The notes below the pieces were generated by a model. That model was not told the DNA's origin. It saw nothing but the letters and a program-made list of their open reading frames with translations, and made no database searches. DNA of 64,000 nucleotides from contig CBDEFO010000008.1 in assembly GCA_965237525.1 (NCBI GenBank), positions 1,568,001-1,632,000 of the forward strand, given 5' to 3'. The DNA is from Candidatus Latescibacterota bacterium (GTDB lineage: Bacteria > Latescibacterota > CBDEFO01). Below are positions 1 to 9,734 of the stretch, piece after piece. The number at the start of each line of letters is the position of its first letter. Position 1 is the first letter of the stretch. The position numbers and the translations under genes are program-made.

Positions 1-1
1 A

Positions 2-1282
2 GAGGGTTCTGGCTTTGACGGCTCGAGCATCAGAGGGTTTCAGGGGATTCAGGAAAGTGACATGCTGTTGGTTCCCGATCCTGACACGGCGGTTGTGGAC
101 CCTTTTTGTTCCTATCCGACGTTGACTTTGATCTGCAACGTAATGGACCCTGTGACGGGGGAGTCGTACTCAAGGGACGCTCGATATGTGGCTCAAAAGG
201 CGGAGGATTATCTTGGGTCTACAGGCATAGGAGACGCGAGTTATTGGGGTCCTGAGCCTGAGATGTATATACTTAACGACATAAGGTTCGATCAGACCCC
301 GAACAGCGGGTACTATTTCCTGGATTCAGATGAGGGTGCGTGGAATTCGGGACGAGAAGAGAACCCGAATTTAGGACATAAGGTGAGGCACAAGGAGGGT
401 TACTTCCCAGTGTCGCCTATGGATTCGCTTCAGGACCTACGCTCTGAAATAGCCTTAACAATGATGGACCTGGGGATTGGGATAGAGGTGCATCACCATG
501 AGGTGGGCACAGCAGGTCAGGGCGAGTTCGACATGAAATTTGCCCCTTTGACCAAGATGTCGGATCAAGTTATGATCCTGAAATATGTGGTCAAGAACGT
601 GGCAAAAAGGCACAACATGACGGCGACTTTCATGCCGAAACCGATATTTATGGATAACGGTTCGGGGATGCACGTTCATCAGAGCATCTGGAAGGACAAA
701 AAGAACCTGTTCTTTGATCCTTCAGGCTATGCGATGTTGAGCGAGACGGCCCTTTTTTATATCGGCGGGCTTTTGAGGCATTCTCCCGCAATGTTGGCTT
801 TTTGTGCTCCGACTACCAACTCTTACAGGAGGTTGGTGCCGGGCTACGAGGCTCCGATAAATTTAGCCTATTCTCAGAGAAACAGGAGCGCGTGCGTGAG
901 GATCCCCACCTATTCCAAGAGCGAAAGGACCAAGAGAATAGAATATAGACCTCCCGATCCGAGCTGCAACCCGTATTTGGCTCTGGCCGCGATGCTTATG
1001 GCTGGATTGGACGGGATCCAGAACAGGATAGATCCGGGTGAACCGCTGGATAAGGACATTTACGACCTTCCACCTGAAGAGTTGGCAAAAGTCCCCTCAA
1101 CTCCTGGATCTCTGGATGCTGTACTTAAGGCCCTCGAAGATGACCACGAGTTCCTTTTGAAGGGTGACGTGTTTACGGAGGATCTGATAGAGACGTGGAT
1201 AGATTACAAGATGGAAAGGGAGGTAGATGCCGTCCGCCTGCGTCCTCATCCCTATGAGTTCTATCTTTACTTCGATATGTAA
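2..1282 (+). CDS. glnA: Glutamine synthetase type I (5' truncated by window)
   Basis: Frame is open from base 2 ([21 protein letters not shown]). Motifs [49 protein letters not shown] and adenylylation region DIYDLPPEE. Confidence 0.98.
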   Translation, partial: EGSGFDGSSIRGFQGIQESDMLLVPDPDTAVVDPFCSYPTLTLICNVMDPVTGESYSRDARYVAQKAEDYLGSTGIGDASYWGPEPEMYILNDIRFDQTPNSGYYFLDSDEGAWNSGREENPNLGHKVRHKEGYFPVSPMDSLQDLRSEIALTMMDLGIGIEVHHHEVGTAGQGEFDMKFAPLTKMSDQVMILKYVVKNVAKRHNMTATFMPKPIFMDNGSGMHVHQSIWKDKKNLFFDPSGYAMLSETALFYIGGLLRHSPAMLAFCAPTTNSYRRLVPGYEAPINLAYSQRNRSACVRIPTYSKSERTKRIEYRPPDPSCNPYLALAAMLMAGLDGIQNRIDPGEPLDKDIYDLPPEELAKVPSTPGSLDAVLKALEDDHEFLLKGDVFTEDLIETWIDYKMEREVDAVRLRPHPYEFYLYFDM

Positions 1283-1329
1283 GAACGTCGCATCTGACGT
1301 TTCTACTTTGAGGTTCCTACCGAAACAAC

Positions 1330-1366
1330 AGGAGCCATCTTACAAAAATGCCCAGGTGGCTCCTTT
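1330..1366. terminator. Hairpin between convergent glnA and HAD genes, possible terminator
   Basis: Stem AGGAGCCATCT / AGGTGGCTCCT followed by a short T run; loop is long. Confidence 0.35.
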
Positions 1367-1415
1367 AATTGCAGGCAATTACAAACTTCACCTTTCCGCT
1401 CACAGGTTGCGTGTG

Positions 1416-2093
1416 TTATCGGTCGAATATCCTTTCTATCTCATCTAAATCGCAGTCTTCAAGGTCCTCAATCACCAAGTCTGCTGAAGCGAGTTTCTCC
1501 GCAGGATACGAATTCGTCACAGCCAAACACTTCATACCTGCTTCCTTTGCAGCCTGGACTCCATGAATGGAGTCCTCTACAACTAAGCACTCCCAGGCTT
1601 CAAGCGCACATTGCTTTTCCCTGAGGAGTTTCAAGGCTTTAAGAAAGGACTCAGGATCTGGCTTTCCGTTTTTCACGTCCTCTGCGCCCACCACCTGGTC
1701 GAACTCGTCTCTTAGCCCAAATTTGTTTAAGCCAAATTCTATCTCGCCTTTTCTGCTTCCCGAGGCAATCGCTAAAGGGAACCTCTTGGACACCTTCTTG
1801 ATAAAATCTACTGCACCGGGCAAGGCTGTAAGATGGTCTTTTATAAATTCGTTGAAGTAACGGGACTTCCGGGCGATTAGATCCTCTATCACAGCCTCAT
1901 CCGCTCTTCTCCCATTATCTTGCAACACAGCGCAGAAACATCCTCTGTCATCCATTGCAAGATACTTAGCGAAGTAGTCCTTTTCCCTAAGTGTAATACC
2001 CTCCTGGTCTAAGACCCTCTGAAACATCTTTAGGTGAATAACCTCACTGTCCACGATGATTCCGTCATAGTCGAAGATAATAGCCTTGAGCAC
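1416..2093 (-). CDS. HAD-superfamily phosphatase (beta-PGM/CbbY-like)
   Basis: Motif I IFDYDGIIVDS, then KPDPE and VVEDS..GVQAAKEAGM. Confidence 0.92.
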   Translation of the reverse strand: MLKAIIFDYDGIIVDSEVIHLKMFQRVLDQEGITLREKDYFAKYLAMDDRGCFCAVLQDNGRRADEAVIEDLIARKSRYFNEFIKDHLTALPGAVDFIKKVSKRFPLAIASGSRKGEIEFGLNKFGLRDEFDQVVGAEDVKNGKPDPESFLKALKLLREKQCALEAWECLVVEDSIHGVQAAKEAGMKCLAVTNSYPAEKLASADLVIEDLEDCDLDEIERIFDR

Positions 2094-2143
2094 ATAATCC
2101 TCTACATAGAGCCTAACAGCTTTGTGGAAAAGCAGTCTAAGCC

Positions 2144-2229
2144 AGATTGCTTCGCGTTGAACCCTCCCCGATTGACTCTATCGGGGATCAATCATTCGGG
2201 GGCAAGCCACGAGGTGGGCGAAGCAATCT
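2144..2229. repeat. Composite REP-like palindrome cluster
   Basis: Perfect 12-bp inverted repeat AGATTGCTTCGC (2144-2155) / GCGAAGCAATCT (2218-2229). It encloses CCCCGATTGACTCTATCGGGG (2166-2186), followed by the half-element ATCAATCATTCGGGGG. Confidence 0.8.
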
Positions 2230-2330
2230 CAATTCCGTTGTTGAAACGATCCTAACTTCCAAAAGAAAAATACTCAATGACCCTGTCATGAAGAAAGTAG
2301 CAGCATGCAGGAGGGAAGCGGTGCACCTGT

Positions 2331-2351
2331 CCCGGATGGATTCAATCGGGG
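2331..2351 (-). repeat. 21-nt palindromic micro-element copy
   Basis: CCCGGATGGATTCAATCGGGG; reverse complement CCCCGATTGAATCCATCCGGG. Confidence 0.8.
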
Positions 2352-2366
2352 ACCTGTCTACTTGTA

Positions 2367-3323
2367 TTAAAGGTGGTCTTTGATCGCCTCTATTAGACGG
2401 GATTTAACATCTTCCGGCATTCCGTCTATCTGACATCCCGCTGCGTTAGGATGTCCTCCTCCACCGAATTCTTTGGCGATCTGGCTGACATTTACCTTAT
2501 CGCTCGACCTCAAGCTGACCCTGAATCTGCTTTGTTCGTATTCTTTGAAGAAGAGCGAGACTTCTACACCTTCTATAGAGACTACGTAGTCCACAAATTG
2601 ATCCGCATCTTCGTTCAGTCTGTAATCACTGTTCCTCAACATTATGGAACATACCCTGCCGTCCAAATGTACGTCCAGCGAATTTAAGGCCTTGCCTAAC
2701 ATCACCACAGACTCAAGCGTCCTGTTTCCGTAGACAGCCTTGGCAATAAAATTCGGTTTCGCACCGTTTCTTACCATCTGGGCGCAGATGTTCAAGGCCT
2801 CTTCGGAGGTATTGGAGAACATAAACCTGCCCGTGTCAAACATTATGCCTGTGTATATGCACGACGCAAGCTTTTCGTCAAATTCCATTCCCAACTCCAT
2901 CACGATCAGGTATATTATCTGAGCTGTAGCACTTGCATGGGATTCAATTAGGTTTAGTGTCCCGTATTGCGTATTGCTTTCGTGGTGATCTATGTTCAAA
3001 ATAGATGCATTTTCCTCTATAATTTGGGCTACCGTCCCTGCCCTTTCCGTGCTTGGAGTATCCAGAAGAATGACCTTTTGCGCCTTATGTCTATCTAACA
3101 TCTCATCTTTGAAACTTGCTATTTCCCCAAATCCCGGAAGAAAGTCGTACTTATCATCAGGACGCTTGTCGTGAAGGATCATCCTGAAGTTTTTCCGCAT
3201 TTTCTTCAGGATGATCCTAAACGCCAAGACTGAAGCGATAGCGTCTCCGTCTGCGTTCAAGTGAGAGGAGACCAAAAAGTTGTCATTTTCCCGCAAAAAG
3301 GTCCTGGCCCCTTTGATGTCCAT
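2367..3323 (-). CDS. nrnA: DHH/DHHA1 phosphoesterase (bifunctional oligoribonuclease/PAP phosphatase NrnA-like)
   Basis: SHLNADGDAIAS, IDHH, FDTGRF and GGGGHPNAAG motifs. Confidence 0.9.
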   Translation of the reverse strand: MDIKGARTFLRENDNFLVSSHLNADGDAIASVLAFRIILKKMRKNFRMILHDKRPDDKYDFLPGFGEIASFKDEMLDRHKAQKVILLDTPSTERAGTVAQIIEENASILNIDHHESNTQYGTLNLIESHASATAQIIYLIVMELGMEFDEKLASCIYTGIMFDTGRFMFSNTSEEALNICAQMVRNGAKPNFIAKAVYGNRTLESVVMLGKALNSLDVHLDGRVCSIMLRNSDYRLNEDADQFVDYVVSIEGVEVSLFFKEYEQSRFRVSLRSSDKVNVSQIAKEFGGGGHPNAAGCQIDGMPEDVKSRLIEAIKDHL

Positions 3324-3338
3324 GAAACGACTGCCTCC

Positions 3339-3791
3339 TCATTCCAATTCGTCTATTTTAAACGCCAGCTCTTTTAATGCCTTTTCGTCCTCAGACAGGA
3401 CCTCCGTCCTCCACTCCCCTATCCACCTTCTGGGAATAGCTTTGCTGCTCCATGTTCTCCACCTCTGGGACCTTACGTAGAGTCTTATCCTGAATACCTC
3501 CTCATCCTTGTAGTACCATACGTGCTCTACATAAGTCATTTTCTTTGTACTCATGACCTCTGTAAAGAAGTAGAGTCTCCCCACACTCGCTCCGAAAACG
3601 GAGTCAGGCTCTACGGGTTCTCTGTCCTTGACGCCCACACATATCAGAGCGCGCTTTATATAAATGGAATCCGCCTCTGTAGAAGATGTATCATCTTGGA
3701 CGTCGGTTTGTGCCCAGGATAAGCTTGAGAGCAAAACAGAGGCAATCCCGAACAGCCTTACGATAAGCTTCATAACCTCATTTCCCTTCAA
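3339..3791 (-). CDS. Exported DUF2914-like protein (start probably 3773, MKLIVRL)
   Basis: Signal peptide, then REPV, LYFFTEV, HVWYY, RWRTWSSK and GEWRTEV. Confidence 0.8.
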   Translation of the reverse strand: MKGNEVMKLIVRLFGIASVLLSSLSWAQTDVQDDTSSTEADSIYIKRALICVGVKDREPVEPDSVFGASVGRLYFFTEVMSTKKMTYVEHVWYYKDEEVFRIRLYVRSQRWRTWSSKAIPRRWIGEWRTEVLSEDEKALKELAFKIDELE

Positions 3792-3961
3792 CTATTCACA
3801 CTGTCTTTTCGGAGAAAGCGCTGATTCCTCTGGAGTTGTTGAATCTGGCAATATAAGAAAATATCGATCTAAGAGCAAGGGATTTCGATCTTCTCGATTT
3901 TCATCTACCGCATGGGGATAGGATAGATTATTATGGCAGACAATAGAAGTTTTTAGCTGCA

Positions 3962-5007
3962 CTACGCTGCTTGAGCGTTTGGGTCATAGTAGTCGAACAG
4001 GTCTTTTTTGGGCAGATCCTCGGGAATCTCTCTGTAGACCTCAAAGCGGGGATTGCAGATAAGAGAACTTAGGTCATCGCACTGTACGACTTTCTTGCCC
4101 TTTATCTCCAGAACTTCAACATCGTCCAGGCTCTCAGGAACGATTCCTCTTTCCATGCCGATCTTCAGATAGATAAGCTTGCTCACATCAAATCCCATAA
4201 GACACCCTCCGACAAGGTCTACAGACGGCATATCACTTCCTGCTATGACGAGTCCGCAGGAAAAGTTTCTGCCAAGATAAAAGGCGTTGCCATCTCTGCC
4301 TACGACTCCCTCTATGATGTTGAAGTCCGGTTGGAGGGCCAAGTAAAGGTCCCAATGCAGATGAGCTATAGCGGTTTGCCATCTGTTGTGGTTCTCCTGG
4401 TTCTTTCGCTCTATCCGTTGCTCTGGGAAAGCTATTTTACTGGCATCCCAGCAGAGGTGTCGGTCGCACGCAGGGATCATCACTCCCTGCTGATTCTTGC
4501 CGCACAGTGTGATGATGCTTAAGTTGTGAGTTTTGAACTTGGGGACGTTTATGTAGAAGACGTCATCTGATTTTGCCCAGCGGGATATACCGATGTCGTT
4601 CCTCAGCACTGTACCCTCTGGTCGCACTCTCACGTTGCCGTAGTCACAAAGATCGATGAGATGGAGATTTTTCTCCTTTGCCATCTGGCTATAGCCGCTC
4701 CTACCCAATAGCGCTCTTTCTCCTGCAAAGTCCGCACGTCGAGGGCCTCAGCGACTAGTATATCTTCACACTTGATGCCCTTTGTATCAACAAAGTAGTC
4801 GGCTATCCCACCGACAAAAGCAGGATGGGTCACTATACCGCTCTCCCTGGGGCTTCCTCCAGTTACGTTCGGCTTCATCATCACCAGTCGTCCACCGGGG
4901 CTTACATCCAGGGCTCTTAGCATCTCTTTTGCCATATCTTCAAAGTACCCGTCCCTCACCGGATCTTGAATGTTGCGCTTGAGCACATATACCTCTGGTC
5001 TGGACAT
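3962..5007 (-). pseudogene. DUF362-domain protein split by a 1-nt frameshift near 4705 (possibly a sequencing error)
   Basis: N-part (MKPNV, VTHPAFV, VAE) lies in ORF 4630..5031 and C-part (NVPKFKTH, KNQQG) in ORF 3962..4708. Adding one G in the run at 4704-4706 gives ..RYWGRSGYSQM.. Confidence 0.75.
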
Positions 5008-5058
5008 ATTAGTCTCCGTTTCATTGAGCACCGGACGATTCTTTGCGATGATTAAGCA

Positions 5059-7527
5059 CTATTTCTTATCCTTTTTCGGTGTCTCTCCATTCTCTGACCC
5101 AAAGTCCTTCAATTTTTCGGTCAACTCTCTTAAACGTTGATCTACCAGGAAGTTGACCGTTCCCTCCGGGTAAGCGCGGTCTTTTCTCTCCTCTCCGGCT
5201 TCGACTCCAGTGAGAATTTCTGCCCCTTGATCAATGGTCTTTACGGGGTAGATATGGAACTTTCTCTCGGAAACGGCTTTGACGACATCTTTCCTGAGCA
5301 TAAGGTCGGGGATGTTCAAATAGGGGATTATCACGCCCTGCGTTCCGGTGAGGCCCCTAGTTCTGCACACATCGAAGAAGCCTTCTATCTTCTGGTTGAC
5401 GCCTCCTATGGGTTGGATTTCACCTTTCTGATTGACCGAGCCTGTAACCGCAAGGTCCTGCCTTAGCGGCAGTCCTGCGAGGCTGGAGAGGATAGCATAG
5501 ATCTCTGTGGACGATGCGCTGTCTCCGTCAATTTCGCTGTAGGACTGCTCGAAACAGAGGCTTGCGCTCATCGTCAGCGGCATCTCCTGTGCGTACTTGC
5601 CTCTCAGGTATCCGCCGATTATGAGGACGCCCTTATCGTGAGTCTTGCCCGAAAGGTCCGCTTCTCTGTCTATGTTGATTATGCCTGATCTTCCAAGAGA
5701 CGTCTCGGTGGTGATCCTTGTGGGTTTTCCGAAGGAGTGCTCTGCAAAGCTGTAGACCGCAAGTCCGTTGACCTGTCCGACCTTTGTGCCCTCTGTATCT
5801 ATCATTATGGTCCCTTCGTCTATCCTCTCCTTCAATTTGTCCTCTATGAGGCTGACCCTCTCTATTTGTTCCTTTATGGCTTTGTCCACGCGTCTTTCAC
5901 TTACACAGTCCGCGCCGTCCTGTCCTGCCCAGTAGTCGGCTTCTTTTATCACGTCCGCTAAGTTGTTGAATCTGGAGGACATCTTGTTCTGTCTTCCCGC
6001 CATCTTGACTCCGTATTCTACGACGACGGCGACGCTTGTCTTGTCAAAGGCTCTTAGATTCTCCTCGTCGCATATCTTGCGGATAAAGCAGGCGTACTGG
6101 AGTATGCTGGTCTGGTCTTTGTCCATAACGGAGTCGAAGTCGGCTCTGACTTTGAAGATCTTTTTGAAATCGTCGTCCTGGTGGTACAAGAGATAGTAGA
6201 TGAACGGGTCGCCGACCATTATGACCTTTACATCCACGTCTATGGCTTCCGGCTTTAGGGCAGATGGGGTGAAAAAGTGGACAGGATCGTACGTCTGGAT
6301 CTCAACCTTCTTATTCTTAATAGCTCTTTTGAGGGTCAGCCAACTCCCGGGTTCTATCAGCACGTCCTGGGCGTTGAGTATGAGGTAGCCCCCGTCCGCC
6401 CGTACGTAGGAGCCAGCTTTGATCTTGGTGAAGTCGGTTCTCCACTGACCAGATCTATCGAAGACATTTTCGATGGTGCCGAACAGATTCTTGTAGGAGG
6501 GAGAATTCTCCGTGATAATGGGAGCGCCCTCTGTGTGGGAGTTGTCGACTATGACGTTTACCTTATACTCCAAGAATTCATCTTTTTGCTGAGGGAGCGC
6601 AAGACCGGGGATCGCAGGTGCAGACTGCTTATCGTCGGACTTTTCCCTGAATCTGTCCAGGTCTTCGATGATGCTTTCGCTGACCTCTTCCAGATACTCA
6701 TCTATCTTTTCATCTTTGTACTTCTCCGAAATTTCAGATATGGAGTGCACGACCAAGGGCATAACAGCTTCGTTGTCCACCGATGCAATCTCTTCTTTGA
6801 TCGTCTTTTCTATGTTTCTGGTCTCTTTGAATATGTTCTCAAGTTCTGCAGACAGGCTGTGGTATTTTTCCTTTAAGGCGTCAACGTCAGATTTTGAAAA
6901 TTCGCCTTTATCTACTGCCTTTTCGAGCTGGTCAAAGCTCAAGGTGTTCCCGCCGATCACAGGGACGATATCGGGCCTTGTGTAGGGACCGAGCTGAACT
7001 TGAACGAGCGAGAAGTTCTGCTGGTTGACTTTCCTTCCAAACTCTCTGACCATCTCCTTTTCTTGATCTCTCAGATGTTCTATCGTCTCTTTTTTCTTGT
7101 TCTGGTGGTCTTCGCTTTCGAGTATCTTAGGGATGTTGGTCCGTAAGGATTGGATCAGGTCGTCCATATCCTTTCTAAATCGACTTCCCCCTCCGGCGGG
7201 CAGCTTAATGACCCTGGGCATGTCGGGGTTTTTGAAGTTGTTTACGTAGCATTTGTCGCTGGGAGGTATGCGCTCTTTTTCCTTCCCTTTCAGGAGTCTA
7301 TACACGGAGGTGGCTCTGCCTGTCCCTGAAGCCCCGGTCGCGAATATATTGTATCCTGAACTTTTTATGTCCAGACCTAGTTTGATGGCTTTGACAGCCC
7401 TTTCCTGACCAAGTATATCCACGCACGCTGTCAGATCGTCTGTGGTCTCCATGTTAAGATCGTCGGGATTGCATCTCCACCTGAGCTTTTCTATTGAAAC
7501 CTCTTCGAAGTGCGTCTTTTCCAACAT
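5059..7527 (-). CDS. Lon-family protease, LonC/AAA_32 type (peptidase S16)
   Basis: IGQERA-like ILGQERA, degenerate Walker A GASGTGRAT, coiled-coil insert, GQVNGL, DGDSASS (Ser) and QKIEGF (Lys) dyad. Confidence 0.9.
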   Translation of the reverse strand: MLEKTHFEEVSIEKLRWRCNPDDLNMETTDDLTACVDILGQERAVKAIKLGLDIKSSGYNIFATGASGTGRATSVYRLLKGKEKERIPPSDKCYVNNFKNPDMPRVIKLPAGGGSRFRKDMDDLIQSLRTNIPKILESEDHQNKKKETIEHLRDQEKEMVREFGRKVNQQNFSLVQVQLGPYTRPDIVPVIGGNTLSFDQLEKAVDKGEFSKSDVDALKEKYHSLSAELENIFKETRNIEKTIKEEIASVDNEAVMPLVVHSISEISEKYKDEKIDEYLEEVSESIIEDLDRFREKSDDKQSAPAIPGLALPQQKDEFLEYKVNVIVDNSHTEGAPIITENSPSYKNLFGTIENVFDRSGQWRTDFTKIKAGSYVRADGGYLILNAQDVLIEPGSWLTLKRAIKNKKVEIQTYDPVHFFTPSALKPEAIDVDVKVIMVGDPFIYYLLYHQDDDFKKIFKVRADFDSVMDKDQTSILQYACFIRKICDEENLRAFDKTSVAVVVEYGVKMAGRQNKMSSRFNNLADVIKEADYWAGQDGADCVSERRVDKAIKEQIERVSLIEDKLKERIDEGTIMIDTEGTKVGQVNGLAVYSFAEHSFGKPTRITTETSLGRSGIINIDREADLSGKTHDKGVLIIGGYLRGKYAQEMPLTMSASLCFEQSYSEIDGDSASSTEIYAILSSLAGLPLRQDLAVTGSVNQKGEIQPIGGVNQKIEGFFDVCRTRGLTGTQGVIIPYLNIPDLMLRKDVVKAVSERKFHIYPVKTIDQGAEILTGVEAGEERKDRAYPEGTVNFLVDQRLRELTEKLKDFGSENGETPKKDKK

Positions 7528-7640
7528 TTCTTCGTAACCTCCTTCAAATACACCCTCTACTTACAGGAACTGTTAGTATCCGGGTTGAGTCTCCCCATTG
7601 TCAATGCCAAAGTATTTAATCTGTGAAAAGTAGTCCTGGC

Positions 7641-8081
7641 TCACATCGACAGGGCGACTTTGAATTTTATCACATAGATAATGCCTGTCGAAAGAACGGT
7701 CACGGCGGCGATGATGAATCCTGAAGGGACAGAAAGGCTTGCTCCACTTTCTACATCCCCTTGAAGGTTCTTGATCTTTCTTGAGGTATATACATCTATT
7801 ATTATCAAAAGTACTACTAACAGAAGTTTAGTCAAAAGCCAGTGATTAGTGAAGGGATTGTAGTGGCGTATTAAGATAAGTGCAATTCCCAGCACTAAAG
7901 ATAGTGCGGCGCCCGGCATCTGTACAGCTAGGTAGAGTTTGCGCTGAACGGATAGTAAATAGCTCCTGTTTCCCCCCGATTCTCCAGAACTCAAGGAAAA
8001 TATAAAGCCCTGTGCTAACAGCGTTCCTGCCCAGGCTATTACTGATAGTATATGGAGTGTCAGACAGAACTGATATAGCAT
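7641..8081 (-). CDS. HemJ/CopD-family membrane protein
   Basis: Four hydrophobic segments with LHILSVIAWAG and WLLTKLLLV. Confidence 0.65.
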   Translation of the reverse strand: MLYQFCLTLHILSVIAWAGTLLAQGFIFSLSSGESGGNRSYLLSVQRKLYLAVQMPGAALSLVLGIALILIRHYNPFTNHWLLTKLLLVVLLIIIDVYTSRKIKNLQGDVESGASLSVPSGFIIAAVTVLSTGIIYVIKFKVALSM

Positions 8082-8425
8082 TATGATCTACTCCATCATT
8101 ATAAGAGGAAATATTGAAATTTATGTTCGATTGCAAGTTGCGACGCCCACTCCGAGAGGGTTGCACAGCCAGATCCGTATCTACAAGCGACTTAGGGGCT
8201 TTTCTTGACAGAGAAACTGCCCAGAGGCCAGAAAGGCCGCAAATGCCCACCCGGACAAGCTTGAGTCGGTACTTAAGCTCAGGTATAGAAGGGAGGCCAC
8301 TAGCTATATTGGTCTATCGAGACCCTCTGGCTAAGCCCGCCCAGAGCCCTCTTGTGGCGACTTCTGAAAGGCCCCCTTTTGGACTCCGAGGGGAACTCCA
8401 AAATGTCCAGGAGAGCCAGGAATGT

Positions 8426-8446
8426 CCCCGCTTGAATCTATCGGGG
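8426..8446 (+). repeat. 21-nt palindromic micro-element copy
   Basis: CCCCGCTTGAATCTATCGGGG followed by ATGAATCAT, as at 2187. Confidence 0.8.
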
Positions 8447-8631
8447 ATGAATCATCTGCCGGATTTCTAATATCCTAATACTGGTGCGAACCCTGTGCAA
8501 CTGTCACACCACTCGGGGTGAACTTATTGGCAAAAAGTCCTTGACAATACGAAATCTCGCCTTAGATTTAAGGTTGTCTATATTCTCCTATCAGAATATA
8601 CGGTAAGTTGCTCTGACAGCTCACGAAGGAG

Positions 8632-9672
8632 TCAAGCTGGAAACTCCTCCGGATCGGATTTTTCCAGGAAGTAGACCATCACATACTCCTCCGCCGTTCG
8701 CTTTGGGCCCGGCAGGTTGCCCACGCGGCGCGCCAAGGCTTCAAGGTGACGTTTGACGAAGAACATGTAGAATTGCGTGGCAAAGTCAGCCGACTCATGA
8801 GCGTGCAGGGAGAGATCCGACAGTTCTTCGATATCCTCAACGCCGATGGCCTTACGGTTGACAGTTCGCATCTTGTCCTTTAGGGCTCCCAGGTCCTCTG
8901 TCGAGACACCCAGGAGGAACTCCCGGAAGGCGTTGGTCTCATCCTCTGTGCAGTCGGTCTTGGAGAAGTATTCGATAAAGTGAGGGTCACATCCTTCTCT
9001 CAATAAAGAGAATATTTCGGCTGTTCCTGTCAGCGTGCCAAATTGGACCATAATTTTGCGTCTGGCCTCCCAGGTGGCCTTGAGGAGGGGGAAGAACTCT
9101 TGCAGGTGTAACGCAGAGCGGTCTTCCCAGATGTGGATCAAAGCCTTGGTGCCCTTTTGGGAGATGGTGAGCTCTAGCTCACTGTCACAGACGATGGCTA
9201 TCAGAAGATCCTCGGTTACTTTTGCGTAGATGTTCTCGCCGATCAGCGCCTCGATGTCTCTGTCAATAGCGGAAAAGTCGTCGCGGTCGGACAGCGCCTC
9301 ATTGGCGACGTAGCGCAACAGGCGGAAAAAATTAATGCGAGACATCAGGTATGTCTGTCCGGCGATAGCTCGCATCGGCAGTATCATATCTACGGTGAAG
9401 AGCGTTGCCTTTGATATCGTCTGGATCAGTGAAGATAGATCGCGCTGGCGATGACCTAACTTTTGGCGCTTGAAAAGGGAGGGGTAGTGAGAAATAAGAG
9501 CGCCAATGTCCTTAAGTTGATCTGCCTGGCTCTCTATGGCGTGCTCCAGTTCCAGTTGGTCGTCTCCTGTTGCTTGTAAGGCATCAAGTATTTTGTGGAT
9601 TATCCGACGCTCATGGGGGCTGAAAGCGGGGATGTCAATATGGCTCTTTTCCATAGCTGTTAAAGATAACAA
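8632..9672 (-). CDS. Hypothetical protein (about 340 aa, helical)
   Basis: Long ORF with protein-like composition; no motif recognised. Confidence 0.75.
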   Translation of the reverse strand: MLSLTAMEKSHIDIPAFSPHERRIIHKILDALQATGDDQLELEHAIESQADQLKDIGALISHYPSLFKRQKLGHRQRDLSSLIQTISKATLFTVDMILPMRAIAGQTYLMSRINFFRLLRYVANEALSDRDDFSAIDRDIEALIGENIYAKVTEDLLIAIVCDSELELTISQKGTKALIHIWEDRSALHLQEFFPLLKATWEARRKIMVQFGTLTGTAEIFSLLREGCDPHFIEYFSKTDCTEDETNAFREFLLGVSTEDLGALKDKMRTVNRKAIGVEDIEELSDLSLHAHESADFATQFYMFFVKRHLEALARRVGNLPGPKRTAEEYVMVYFLEKSDPEEFPA

Positions 9673-9734
9673 ACTTTATCTCGTAGTCAAGGATTTTTAT
9701 CTTGGGAAATCCAAGTTGCAAGGAGGACATCTCC

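Noticed and set aside
8114..8520. 118-aa ORF and a short GTTGCACAG/CTGTGCAAC inverted repeat as a MITE
   Set aside because: The inverted repeat is only about 9 bp, no target duplication is seen and the peptide is not protein-like.
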